From assembly GCA_041483895.1 (NCBI GenBank), contig JBGPGO010000002.1:1-64000 (forward strand): a stretch of DNA of 64,000 nt, given 5' to 3'. The notes below the pieces were generated by a model, which did no database searches, was not told the origin of the DNA, and saw nothing but the letters and a program-made list of their open reading frames with translations. Of this stretch, positions 46,864 to 56,759 are shown in pieces. The number at the start of each line of letters is the position of its first letter. The stretch's first letter is position 1. The position numbers and the translations under genes were made by a program. The DNA comes from Fimbriimonadia bacterium. Its GTDB lineage: Bacteria; Armatimonadota; Fimbriimonadia; Fimbriimonadales; JABRVX01.

Positions 46864-49338
46864 CTAATCCAACACTTTCCGGCGGACGAGGCGTTTGGCC
46901 GTGCCGTCGATGTAGAGCATGTCGCCGCGCTTCGCGTCGTAGGCGATGCCGCGCAGATCGGGGATGGCTGGTTGGGATGCGGGGGGATAGGACCAATCCA
47001 GTTTCTTCCACGACTTTGTGTTAATCGCGAAAATGCGGCCCAGTTTTCGGTCGGCGATCCAGACATCGTCCGCGGGTCCGGCGCACAGATAGATCGGCTC
47101 CTCAAACCCATCGATCGAGGCGATCTGTTTGCCGGCGGAATCGAAGATGGCGACGCGTTCCGTGCCGGTATCGCATACGATTAGATTTGTGTCGATCAGC
47201 ATTGCCTTGTGCGGCCGCGATAGGCCGGTAATGATGCGCTGCGGCGCGCCTGGCACAAGAATTTGCACGCGGTTGTTGCCCGTATCCGCCACCACGATGG
47301 TCTTGTCGGCGGGCGAAATCCAGACGCCCATCGGCTCCTTCAGGTGGCCCGGCTCATCGCTTTTCCACTCCGCCTCCAGCATGTCGGTGCGGTCGTTGTC
47401 CCCGCTTTTGGTAAGAGGTTCCACCCGGCGGATGCGCGTGTGCGTCGGGTCATATCCGTGCGGCCACTGGGCGATGTAGAGCTTGCCGTCCGCGTCCGTC
47501 GCGTGATCGTAGGAGCCCTCGAGATGCCAATGGACGCTGCCCAAAAACCCGACCGCGCTGCCGTCCGGTCTTATGAGCAACGATTGGCCGTTTGAACGAT
47601 CACGAATCCACGCCGAACCGTCCGGCGCGAGAGCGAGACCCCACGGATCGATCATGCTGGCCACGCCGCGCGGCTCCGATCGGGCGGAGTTATTAACTGT
47701 TGACGCGTATCGGTACAGTCCCGTGCCGGGGAGCGAGTCGATCACTGTGCCGTTTTTCGATTCGCCTATCGGCTTCCACAGATATTCAAGCGGGTCGGCG
47801 CGAAAGGCGGTCCATTCTTTGACGCCTGGGAGGGTTAGCGTCACCTTTGCGCCGTCCTGTTCCGCAGTGGGCGAGGCCGGTGGTTTGGATGCTCCGGCTA
47901 CTGGGAGCTGGGTCTGGATGACGAGGGTCGCGGTCGGGGCGGACTCCCGCTCTTTCTGCACATTGAACTGTGGGATATCGAGGAAGGCGTAGTCCGTTTG
48001 TCCGCGCGCCACGATCTTGATGAAGAATACGCCGTTGCCGCCCACCACATTGATCTGTCCAAACGGGTTCGGCTTCTGTTGGTAGCCCAGTTCGCCGACA
48101 GTTATGACGGATGGGGCGGGGCGGTTGGGTAATAGGAACCGCCCGTCTTTAGTAGTAGTGCCGCTGAATGTTGGAGTGCCGGAAAAACCGGGTCCGTGCT
48201 CTTCGCGCTGCCAGAATTCCAGCTTTGCGCCCTCCACCGGTTTGCCCGTAGAATCGGTGATGAGCACGTAGTTTTGCGCCGCCAGGTTATAGTAGTAGTC
48301 GCCGAAATATCCGCGTCGCCGCATCTTCTGGTGGTTGAGCGCGATCGCTTGGTCCTCGCTAAACAAAACCGGGCCGTGTCCATGCATCATGGTCCCGACG
48401 CCGGAGCTCATACGACCCATCAGCAGCGGATTACCATGGCTATCCAATACATGATTGCTCTCTTGCGCCACGTCGAGAGCGTACAGATCGGTCAGACCCA
48501 TTTGGTGGCCCCACTCGTGGATCAGGCCCCAGTCCATTCCCGCGGCCCATTCGGAGCAGTCCGCATTCCGACCGAACCACCATCCTCCATCCCAACCTTC
48601 GGACAGCGTCGGGCCTTTGCTCCAACGTGCTTCATTCGCCTTGTCATCAGGCAGCACCCCGATGAAGTCCACACACATGCGATCTTGGATTCCGTTCGGC
48701 ACCGTTTTCGGATAGACGGATTGTGCGTATAGGTGATTCATCCAATCGGCATGAACCTGACACCAGTCCTCGAAACTGTATGTTCCTACCACATTGCGAT
48801 TCTTAGCGAACGAGTGGTAGGTGACGGAGTCGCAGTAACATATCAGCATTTTTGCCATGGTAGATACTGTCCGCGCGTCATTGATATACGAGAATTGTCG
48901 TACTCGGCGCATGGGGTCCGCCGAGAACTTGATGTCATGGAACTCTTGCTTCCATCCCCACTGCATCTTCACCTCGGTGCGCTCTCCCGGATGCAAAGTG
49001 CCGGCGGTTTTCCCGGAACGCAAGAGCTTTCCATCCATATACCACTCGTATTCGAACGGCGGCGCGTCGGCTGCGCCTTTGTTCTCCACCACCGCGGTGT
49101 ATGTCACGATTTCGCCCGCATGCGGCCAGCGCTGGACCGCGGCATTCTCCTCCGATGTCATTTCCGTCGCGGAGCCAGGTTTGGGGAGAAGCGGCTGGCC
49201 CTCTTTTCCCGGAAGGCCGTAGTTGGGCAGATACCCAGGATATCTGGGAGTGCGCGATATGTAGAGCGTGTCTAGATCGCATAGGTTTGGCGCCGGTTCC
49301 ATAGCGAGCGCGGCAATAAGGATGATTAGCAAATTCAA
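46864..49338 (-). CDS. Secreted CARDB + HExGH metalloprotease + NHL-repeat protein
   Basis: Signal peptide; GEIVTYTAVVENKG; LIHEWGHQMGLTDLY; VADTGNNRVQ. Confidence 0.75.
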   Translation of the reverse strand: MNLLIILIAALAMEPAPNLCDLDTLYISRTPRYPGYLPNYGLPGKEGQPLLPKPGSATEMTSEENAAVQRWPHAGEIVTYTAVVENKGAADAPPFEYEWYMDGKLLRSGKTAGTLHPGERTEVKMQWGWKQEFHDIKFSADPMRRVRQFSYINDARTVSTMAKMLICYCDSVTYHSFAKNRNVVGTYSFEDWCQVHADWMNHLYAQSVYPKTVPNGIQDRMCVDFIGVLPDDKANEARWSKGPTLSEGWDGGWWFGRNADCSEWAAGMDWGLIHEWGHQMGLTDLYALDVAQESNHVLDSHGNPLLMGRMSSGVGTMMHGHGPVLFSEDQAIALNHQKMRRRGYFGDYYYNLAAQNYVLITDSTGKPVEGAKLEFWQREEHGPGFSGTPTFSGTTTKDGRFLLPNRPAPSVITVGELGYQQKPNPFGQINVVGGNGVFFIKIVARGQTDYAFLDIPQFNVQKERESAPTATLVIQTQLPVAGASKPPASPTAEQDGAKVTLTLPGVKEWTAFRADPLEYLWKPIGESKNGTVIDSLPGTGLYRYASTVNNSARSEPRGVASMIDPWGLALAPDGSAWIRDRSNGQSLLIRPDGSAVGFLGSVHWHLEGSYDHATDADGKLYIAQWPHGYDPTHTRIRRVEPLTKSGDNDRTDMLEAEWKSDEPGHLKEPMGVWISPADKTIVVADTGNNRVQILVPGAPQRIITGLSRPHKAMLIDTNLIVCDTGTERVAIFDSAGKQIASIDGFEEPIYLCAGPADDVWIADRKLGRIFAINTKSWKKLDWSYPPASQPAIPDLRGIAYDAKRGDMLYIDGTAKRLVRRKVLD

Positions 49339-49392
49339 TTGTCCCTGCCTCCAATGGGATGACAGTTCGACGCGCCAGCGATTATTCCTTCG

Positions 49393-50625
49393 CTACTGCG
49401 GCGGATCGGCCCGCAAACGAAGCGAATTGATCTTGATGAACCCTTCGGCGTCGCGTTGGTCGTAGCCGCCGGCGATGTCCATGCTGGAGAGCGCTTCGTT
49501 GTACAGGCCCGCCTCTGCCGAGCGGCCTGTGATCGTGACGTTGCCTTTGTAGAGTTCAAAGTTAACGGTCCCAGTGACGGATCTTTGGCTTTCGTCCATC
49601 ACCGCCGTTAGGAATCGGAATTCCGGTGAGAACCAGAAGCCGTTGTAGATCAGTTCGGCGAAGCGCGGCGACAGCGATTGCTTGATTCGGAGCACCTCTC
49701 GGTCCAGCGCGATCGTTTCCAGGTCCTGATGCGCCGCCCACAGCACCGTCCCGCCCGGCGTCTCGTACACGCCGCGCGATTTGATTCCGACGAAGCGATT
49801 TTCCACGATATCGATGCGCCCAACACCGTTCGCGCCAGCCAGGTCATTCAACATCAGGAACATATCGAGGGGATCGGTGATGGCGTGGGTCTTGGTGGTC
49901 GGCGATTGAGAGGAGTCGTCATTCCGACCCACGGCTACGGGGATTCCATGTTCGAATCGGATAGACAAGGCGGTCTTCTGATCGGGCGCGTCCAATGGAT
50001 CCACGGTCATCTGGAACATGTCGGCGGGCGGGGGCGTGGCGGGGTTTTCCAGCACACCGGCCTCGTAGCTGATATGCATCAGGTTGCCATCCGTGCTATA
50101 CGGCTTCGCCGCCGTTGCGGTCACGGGAATGCCGTGCTTCTCGGCATACGCGATAAGGTCCGAGCGGCCCGCGAACTGCTCCAAAAACGCGGTGGTCTTC
50201 CAGGGCGCGATCACCTTGATCCCCGGCGCGAGCGCGTAGTAGGCGAGCTCGAACCGCACCTGGTCGTTGCCCTTTCCCGTCGCCCCGTGGGACACATATT
50301 CGGCCCCTTCGCGCTGCGCAATCTCGATCTGCCGCTTCGCGATGATGGGCCGGGCGAGCGCCGTGCCCAACAGATATCGCCCCTCGTATAAAGCCGAAGC
50401 CTTCAGCGCCGTGAAGATGTAATCGGTCACGAACTCGCGCTTCAAATCTTCCACGAAAACCTTGGAAGCGCCGACCTTGATCGCCTTCTGCGCCGCAGCT
50501 TCGAAGTCCTCCCGCTGTCCCACGTCCGCGATGTACGCGATCACCTCGTGCCCCTCGTCGATCAACCACCGAAGGATGACCGACGTATCCAACCCGCCGC
50601 TGTATGCCAGAACAACTTTGCTCAT
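49393..50625 (-). CDS. argG: Argininosuccinate synthase
   Basis: [44 protein letters not shown]. Confidence 0.96.
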   Translation of the reverse strand: MSKVVLAYSGGLDTSVILRWLIDEGHEVIAYIADVGQREDFEAAAQKAIKVGASKVFVEDLKREFVTDYIFTALKASALYEGRYLLGTALARPIIAKRQIEIAQREGAEYVSHGATGKGNDQVRFELAYYALAPGIKVIAPWKTTAFLEQFAGRSDLIAYAEKHGIPVTATAAKPYSTDGNLMHISYEAGVLENPATPPPADMFQMTVDPLDAPDQKTALSIRFEHGIPVAVGRNDDSSQSPTTKTHAITDPLDMFLMLNDLAGANGVGRIDIVENRFVGIKSRGVYETPGGTVLWAAHQDLETIALDREVLRIKQSLSPRFAELIYNGFWFSPEFRFLTAVMDESQRSVTGTVNFELYKGNVTITGRSAEAGLYNEALSSMDIAGGYDQRDAEGFIKINSLRLRADPPQ

Positions 50626-50701
50626 TGTCAACGAAGATACCGCAAAACGATGCCTCCGCGATGGTTTGCGGAGGCAACGACAGTGAAACTTCGTCCATGC
50701 G

Positions 50702-51472
50702 TCAAGGTGATCCGGTGAGGCCGTAGTTGATGAAAGTGATGTTGAGATCCGGCAGGTCAACCTGTCCGCTGCCATCGAGGTCCGCGTCCGGATCCGTTGT
50801 CTCGTATCCGACGAAGATGCTGTTGATGTCGGCAAGGTTGACAATGTTGTCCATATTGGAGTCGCCATTTATCAGCTCGATGTCGAGCCCATTCGACCCA
50901 TTGACTACATCGACAGAAGCGACTGTCGAGCGGAGCCAGTGGCTGATTTTCAAGGCGACGTCCCACGTGCCGGCTTCGACCGTTCCGATTGAATAGTTGG
51001 ACTGGGCATCCAAAGTGATCGGATAGCTGTGAGAGACATTGGTGGTCCCCGGATCACGGAATTCGAGCATCCCGCTCTGTCCGGTCGGATCACCCACAAA
51101 GGTATCGAGTGTCACGCTTCCGGTCATCGAAGCGGAGCCCGTGACGGTAACTGTGTAGTCGTTCCCATGAACCATGGCGTCCTTTTGGATGTTGCAAAAG
51201 TAGTAATACACGCCTGAAGTATTGAATACGACGATGCGCTTGGCATTGGTAATAATTTCACCAGTATCAAACTTTCCGTCTGGCGTGTAGTTGACGCCGC
51301 TGGTTGCGGTGTGCGTGTAGCCCTCATTATTGATCCAGCGGACTGAATCGCCTGGGTTGATTGTCACATTTTGTGGCATGAAGTCGAGATTGGAAATGTG
51401 AACGTCCACAACGGCACTAAATGCGCAAGTTGCGGTGATGGACGCCACAAGTACCAGCACTAGTTTGCCCAT
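50702..51472 (-). CDS. Secreted cupredoxin-domain protein with dockerin/EF-hand-like tail
   Basis: [13 protein letters not shown]...HTATS...[18 protein letters not shown]...[12 protein letters not shown]. Confidence 0.75.
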   Translation of the reverse strand: MGKLVLVLVASITATCAFSAVVDVHISNLDFMPQNVTINPGDSVRWINNEGYTHTATSGVNYTPDGKFDTGEIITNAKRIVVFNTSGVYYYFCNIQKDAMVHGNDYTVTVTGSASMTGSVTLDTFVGDPTGQSGMLEFRDPGTTNVSHSYPITLDAQSNYSIGTVEAGTWDVALKISHWLRSTVASVDVVNGSNGLDIELINGDSNMDNIVNLADINSIFVGYETTDPDADLDGSGQVDLPDLNITFINYGLTGSP

Positions 51473-51577
51473 GATACACTCCTTCTGAGAAATAATAACG
51501 TACGGTCAATACGCCGCTATACTACATAGACGGTAATAAGACCGGGCATTGTTCCCGCCGTGCGTTGGCGCCGGTGG

Positions 51578-51808
51578 ATGGAAGAGGATTGGCATACCGG
51601 CGAGTTCCTGAGCTTCGGTGGTAAGGGCTGGCCTACGACAGACGAGGAGGCGGAAATGATCTTCCCTCGCCCTCCGAAAGGCGGCGATAAGGCGCTTCGT
51701 TGCTTCCGGCTGCTGCGCGATGACGGCAAGACCATCCACGAGGCGGTAGTGGAGACGCTGAGCGCCCTCGCCGGCCCCACACCGGAAGATGAAGACGACG
51801 AGGACTGA
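51578..51808 (+). CDS. Small acidic hypothetical protein or fragment
   Basis: ORF at the island edge ending EDEDDED; no motif. Confidence 0.4.
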   Translation: MEEDWHTGEFLSFGGKGWPTTDEEAEMIFPRPPKGGDKALRCFRLLRDDGKTIHEAVVETLSALAGPTPEDEDDED

Positions 51809-51840
51809 GCTTGCGCCACGGCTCTCCAGCAATCCATTAA

Positions 51841-51868
51841 CCTATCGATAATGGCTGTTTACGATAGG
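51841..51868. other. dif-like recombination site 1
   Basis: CCTATCGATAA-TGGCTG-TTTACGATAGG (11-6-11 imperfect inverted repeat). Confidence 0.7.
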
Positions 51869-52080
51869 AGCTCGTGTGTAAAGTTGTTGGAAAATAGCCC
51901 CGAGAGTGGCGCCAAGGTTACTCGGGGCCATATCCGAAGGGCTCCTTTTGTGCACACGCCTCTTAGGTCTCCACAATTGGATCAGAACGGGATTCTGTGA
52001 ATTCGCCAGCCGTTGGTCCCGATTGTAGGCCAATTTCCGTGATCACATATATAATGAAGCACGACTATCGAGGTGCCTCA

Positions 52081-53838
52081 ATGAGTATCAGCACAGATTC
52101 TACAAAAGCCGAGCAATTCGTAATGGCAGCGACGGTTACCGAAGTGGAAACCGAGGGGACGAAGGTTGTGCATGTTGATGGTCACACGATCGCGCTGATA
52201 CATCACAACGGGCAGATCTACGCGATCGACAATCGGTGCCCGCATATGGGCTTCCCGCTCGATCGCGGCTCCGTTCAGGATTGCGTTCTAACTTGCCACT
52301 GGCATCATGCACGCTTCGATCTCGCTAGCGGCGGAACGTTTGACCAGTTCGCCGGCGATGTTCGCGTGTTCCCTGTCGAGGTCCGCAAAGGTGACGTGTG
52401 GCTGGACCTCGCGCCTCGTAGGGATCAAAGCGCTTACCAGCGCGAGCGTCTCCAAGTCGGACTTGAGCGAGACATCCCTCTGGTCATCGGCAAAGCCGTG
52501 CTGATGTTGATTGACACTGGCGAAGATGCGGTCGAACCGTTCCGCATTGGCCTTGACTTCGGGGCACGCTACCGCTCCGCAGGATGGGGGCAGGGACTAA
52601 CGATTCACACTTGCATGATGAACCTGCTGCCGCACCTTGATGCCGACGATCGGCCCCTGGGGCTCTACCACGGTCTTTCAGCGATCACCCGCGAAACCAC
52701 CGGATCGCCGCCTCGTTTTGCAATTCGCCCCCTGCCGGACACGACGGCCGACATAGATACGTTCAAGCGCTGGTTTCGGCGTTTTGTCGAAGTGCGCGAC
52801 GCGGAAGGCGCGGAACGGTGCATCGTATCCGCCGTGCGTGCGGGATCCGGTTCTGTGCAGATGGCGGACATGCTGTTCGCGGCGGCAACGGACCACCGCT
52901 ACATCCAGATCGGACACGTGGCGGATTTCACGAACAAGGCGTTTGAGGCGCTTGATTGGGCCGGTTGGGAACACGCGGAGATTGTGCTGAGCAGCTTGGG
53001 CTCCGCCTACGCTAGGGCCGATCGGATGGAAGAGTCTAACGCATGGCGTCACCCAATCGATTTGATCGAAATCTTGGAAGAAGCGTTTGATGCGCTTCCT
53101 GTCGCCCTTGAAAATGGTCGCGAGAGGAGAGGAAGCTGGTCGGGCCTTGAGTCGAAGATCCCCGTGTTGCTGGGCGATGATCCACAGGTCATTGCCGACT
53201 CATTGTTGGAGGCGGTCCGCCAAGGAGCGACGGAGGATGACCTTGCCAGAACCGTAGCATACGCTGCCGCGCTTCGAATCGCGCGATTTCACATCAGCAA
53301 CGAATTCAGCGATTGGGACACAGCGCTGCACACGTTCACGTTCGCGAACGCGATCCATCAGGGTCTGCTGCGGAACCCTTCTCCCGAGCTGCTGCGAGGT
53401 GTGTTCGACGCGGCGATGAGCGTTTATCTCGACCGATTTCTTAACGTGCCACCGAGCCGCCTGCCGGAGCCGGATGATACCGTCGCAAAGCCCGAGGCGC
53501 TTTTGGACGAGCTTGCCGCGCTCCTGGATCGACATCAACAGGTGGATCACGCGGGCAAATTGGTCGCACAATATCTTAACAGCAATGGCGGGCTGAACCG
53601 GCTACTCGCAAAGCTTGGGAATCTACTATTAAGAGAGGATCGCAACTTCCACACAATTCAGATGGTTGAAGCGGCAATGCGGCAGTACCAAATGCACCGC
53701 GGCGCATCACAGGGGACCAATATATTGGTGGCTGCAGCCCGGTACCTTGCCGCGCATTCGCCTACAGTGCGCGCGCAGGGTCAGACCTATCGGATCGCGT
53801 CGCGGCTTCATCGCGGTGAGCATATTTATGAAGAGTGA
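52081..53838 (+). CDS. Rieske [2Fe-2S] domain protein with long helical C-terminal region
   Basis: CPHMG...CHWHHARFD; SD GAGGTG. Confidence 0.85.
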   Translation: MSISTDSTKAEQFVMAATVTEVETEGTKVVHVDGHTIALIHHNGQIYAIDNRCPHMGFPLDRGSVQDCVLTCHWHHARFDLASGGTFDQFAGDVRVFPVEVRKGDVWLDLAPRRDQSAYQRERLQVGLERDIPLVIGKAVLMLIDTGEDAVEPFRIGLDFGARYRSAGWGQGLTIHTCMMNLLPHLDADDRPLGLYHGLSAITRETTGSPPRFAIRPLPDTTADIDTFKRWFRRFVEVRDAEGAERCIVSAVRAGSGSVQMADMLFAAATDHRYIQIGHVADFTNKAFEALDWAGWEHAEIVLSSLGSAYARADRMEESNAWRHPIDLIEILEEAFDALPVALENGRERRGSWSGLESKIPVLLGDDPQVIADSLLEAVRQGATEDDLARTVAYAAALRIARFHISNEFSDWDTALHTFTFANAIHQGLLRNPSPELLRGVFDAAMSVYLDRFLNVPPSRLPEPDDTVAKPEALLDELAALLDRHQQVDHAGKLVAQYLNSNGGLNRLLAKLGNLLLREDRNFHTIQMVEAAMRQYQMHRGASQGTNILVAAARYLAAHSPTVRAQGQTYRIASRLHRGEHIYEE

Positions 53839-53858
53839 TAAGTCAATGGAGGTCCTAG

Positions 53859-54737
53859 ATGCCGCTCATTGACTATGGCGACGGTCTTGTCATCGATGCG
53901 CGAGACGGAATGACGGTCCTGGAGGCGTCGATTCAGCACGGGATCTCCCACATCCACGCCTGTGGAGGCAATGCTCGCTGCACGACTTGTCGGTTGAACG
54001 TCTTGGAGGGTCACGAGAATTGCCCTCCTATGAGCGAGGCCGAGCGCAAGGTCCTTGCCCTTACTGGTTACGAGCATCCGGTGCGGTTAGCGTGTCAGTT
54101 GCGACCGACTGGACCGATCAAGATTTGCTGTCTCCTCAAGGACTACCCAAAGAGCGACGCGACGCCGGAGGGCATGGCGAGGGAGCGCGACGTGGCCGTG
54201 CTTATGGCCGACATCCGGAACTTCACTTCCTTTGCCGAGCGCAATCTAGCGTTTGACGTTTTGCATCTGCTCAACCGCTATTTTGATCGCGTCGGGACCA
54301 TCGTCGAGGACAATCGAGGCAGGGTGATCACGTTTCTGGGTGACGGCGCAGTGTGCCTTTTCGAAGACCTGGATTCTGCGCGTGCCGCCGAAAGCGCGGT
54401 GCGAAGCGGCCTGGAAATTATCCGAGCAAGTGAAGTTTTCGGCCGCTATACCCAAGAGAGTTTTGCGTTCGAAATGAAGGTGGGAGTTGGGATCGCTTGG
54501 GGCCGAGCGGTGATCGGTCGACTTGGCTACTACAATCGATCTGATCTAAACGTTGTTGGGGACGTAGTGAACACTGCGAGCCGAGTACAAGATGTGACTC
54601 GCGACGTGGGTGTCTCACTTCTCGTATCGGAGCCGATCCGCGAGCTCATCGGATCGCGTTTCACTTTCGGCCAGGTGTTCACCGTCGGGCTGAAGGGGAA
54701 AGAGCTTCTTCACGACCTCCATGAAGTGCTGCCATAG
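53859..54737 (+). CDS. 2Fe-2S ferredoxin-fused class III nucleotide cyclase
   Basis: CGGNARCTTC...RLACQ; MADIRNFT, LGDG, GDVVNTASR, LKGK. Confidence 0.9.
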   Translation: MPLIDYGDGLVIDARDGMTVLEASIQHGISHIHACGGNARCTTCRLNVLEGHENCPPMSEAERKVLALTGYEHPVRLACQLRPTGPIKICCLLKDYPKSDATPEGMARERDVAVLMADIRNFTSFAERNLAFDVLHLLNRYFDRVGTIVEDNRGRVITFLGDGAVCLFEDLDSARAAESAVRSGLEIIRASEVFGRYTQESFAFEMKVGVGIAWGRAVIGRLGYYNRSDLNVVGDVVNTASRVQDVTRDVGVSLLVSEPIRELIGSRFTFGQVFTVGLKGKELLHDLHEVLP

Positions 54738-54748
54738 CCTGCGACAAT

Positions 54749-54776
54749 GCTATCGATAAAGGTTCTTTTCGACACC
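54749..54776. other. dif-like recombination site 2
   Basis: GCTATCGATAA-AGGTTC-TTTTCGACACC. Confidence 0.6.
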
Positions 54777-54935
54777 TAATCCGCCAGAGCAATTGTTCAT
54801 CCCGCTTCGCATCGGCTCGTTCAGAGTCCCAACAATCCGAATCGGCGATCAGCCTGGCGGAGTGGGGGCGATTCGAGGCTGGGCAGTAACTACGTGTTAT
54901 ACTGACTGGTAGCATCTCGTGCTAAAAGGAATTCT

Positions 54936-56696
54936 ATGAACCGCGCTATCATCTTCCTCGCCGCTGTCGCGGCCCTCGTCGCATCCGCCACCGGGCAGAC
55001 GGCCTTTACCTATCAAGGTCAACTCATGCAAAGCGGCCTCCCTGTCAGCGGGAATGTCAACCTTATCTTTACTCTCTACGATGACCCGTCTCTGACCGTC
55101 AATCATCAGATCGGCAATCCGATAACCCTGAACAACCAGCCACTCTTGAATGGGCTGTTCACCGTTCCGCTGGACTTTGGCGCGAATGCGTTCCCCAGCG
55201 CGCGCAGGTGGGTGCAGGTGAGCGTCAATGGCGTTATTCTGTCTCCCCGTCAAGAAGTCACGCCAACTCCATACGCTCTTGGCCTTCGGCTGCCGTATGT
55301 GGGCAACGCCAGCGTGGACGGCAACGCCTTCTCCGTCACCAACAGTTTCAGCAGTGGCACCGCGCTTTATGGGCATAACCTGGATAATGGCATCGGTGTC
55401 TTTGGAGAAAGTCCCAATGGCAACGGCGTCTATGGCCAGAGCGGTAGCGGCTTCGGCGTCTACGGCCTGGCGCTCTCCGGGACAACCAAGGCAGGGATCC
55501 GGGGCATATCCACAGCTCCCTCCGGCATGGGAGTTTGGGGCTCTAGCGGTGGAGGCATAGGAGGAATCGGCGTCTTTGGCGAGAGCGATATTGGGACCGG
55601 CGTCGAGGGCTGTGCGACTGGATCCGGCTTTGGTGTATATGCAAGCAGCGACACCGGCTACGGTGTATATGCAGGCAGCGACACTGGCACCGGAGTCTTT
55701 GGTCTGAGCAACACTGGCTACGGAATCCAGGGCGCCAGCAACGCAGCGGCGAACTACGCAGGAGTCTACGGTCAAGCCCTCGGTACCGACAGCAATGGTG
55801 TTTTGGGCGAGGCCAACAACGGCGTGGGCGTCTACGGCCAGGCCACGACCGGCACTGGTGTCTTCGGATGGAGTAAGACAAGTGGTATTGGTGTCGAAGC
55901 AGTAAGCGCCAGCGGCCTCGGTATCGATGGCTACAGCAGCAGCAATTACGGAATCCGTGGGATTTTCGCCAACGGTAGCAATCTCAACGTCAGCATTTTC
56001 GCTAAATCTGCCGTCTGGGGCGATTCCGGCACCGGTAACGGAGTCATGGGAACAAGTAGCATGGCGACCGCGGCGGGTGTCGTTGGCTGGTCGCCGATTA
56101 GCATCGGTGTCTATGGCTACACTACCAACGGGAACGCGATCTACGGCGCACGTACCGGAACCGGTTGGGCAGGCTATTTCCAAGGACCACTGTATGCGCA
56201 AAGCGCGAGCGCGAGCATCAAGGCGTTCCGCATCGACCACCCTGTGGATCCAGAGAACAAGTATCTTCAACATTCCAGCGTCGAAAGCCCGGACATGAAG
56301 AACGTCTACGATGGAAATATAGTTTTGGGTAACAACGGCGAAGCGTGGGTGGAGCTGCCCACCTACTTCGAGGCCCTCAATCGCGACTTTCGGTATCAGT
56401 TAACATGTATCGGGCAGCCGGCGCTCGTATATATCAAGCAAGAGATTTCCGGTAATCGATTCCTGATCGCGGGCGGCAAGAAGGGCATGAAGGTCTCTTG
56501 GCAGGTGACCGGCATTCGGCAGGACCCCGCCGCCAATCTGTATCGCATCGAGGTCGAGCCGAACAAGGCCGACAAAGATCGCGGCAAGTTTTTGGTTCCG
56601 GAAGCCTACGGCCAACCAAAAGAGAGCGGGATCAACCCTCCACCGAATTCTCAGGAGACTGCGACGACAGCGCCTGGGAATCCGAGGAAGCGATAA
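54936..56696 (+). CDS. Secreted GVYG-repeat fibre/adhesin-like protein with S74-chaperone-like C-terminus
   Basis: Signal peptide; FTYQGQL N-domain; many G(V/I)(Y/F)G repeats; FRIDHPVDPENKYLQHSSVESPDMKNVYDG. Confidence 0.75.
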   Translation: MNRAIIFLAAVAALVASATGQTAFTYQGQLMQSGLPVSGNVNLIFTLYDDPSLTVNHQIGNPITLNNQPLLNGLFTVPLDFGANAFPSARRWVQVSVNGVILSPRQEVTPTPYALGLRLPYVGNASVDGNAFSVTNSFSSGTALYGHNLDNGIGVFGESPNGNGVYGQSGSGFGVYGLALSGTTKAGIRGISTAPSGMGVWGSSGGGIGGIGVFGESDIGTGVEGCATGSGFGVYASSDTGYGVYAGSDTGTGVFGLSNTGYGIQGASNAAANYAGVYGQALGTDSNGVLGEANNGVGVYGQATTGTGVFGWSKTSGIGVEAVSASGLGIDGYSSSNYGIRGIFANGSNLNVSIFAKSAVWGDSGTGNGVMGTSSMATAAGVVGWSPISIGVYGYTTNGNAIYGARTGTGWAGYFQGPLYAQSASASIKAFRIDHPVDPENKYLQHSSVESPDMKNVYDGNIVLGNNGEAWVELPTYFEALNRDFRYQLTCIGQPALVYIKQEISGNRFLIAGGKKGMKVSWQVTGIRQDPAANLYRIEVEPNKADKDRGKFLVPEAYGQPKESGINPPPNSQETATTAPGNPRKR

Positions 56697-56724
56697 CTCT
56701 TAGATCCTTGGCCCACGTGGGATT

Positions 56725-56752
56725 GGTATCGATAATGGACATTTACGATAGC
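56725..56752. other. dif-like recombination site 3
   Basis: GGTATCGATAA-TGGACA-TTTACGATAGC; 22/28 identical to site 1. Confidence 0.7.
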
Positions 56753-56759
56753 AAGACAA

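Noticed and set aside
51480..51900. attL/attR copy of the tRNA-Lys 3' end at the island's left edge
   Set aside because: No match was found by eye, so the boundary remains unproven.
54897..56273. 458-aa minus-strand ORF
   Set aside because: Antisense shadow of the Gly-rich repeat gene; no SD or motif.
51841..56752. Interpretation as integron attC sites
   Set aside because: The sites lack RYYYAAC...GTTRRRY ends and long hairpins, and the recombinase remnant shows no IntI-specific features.
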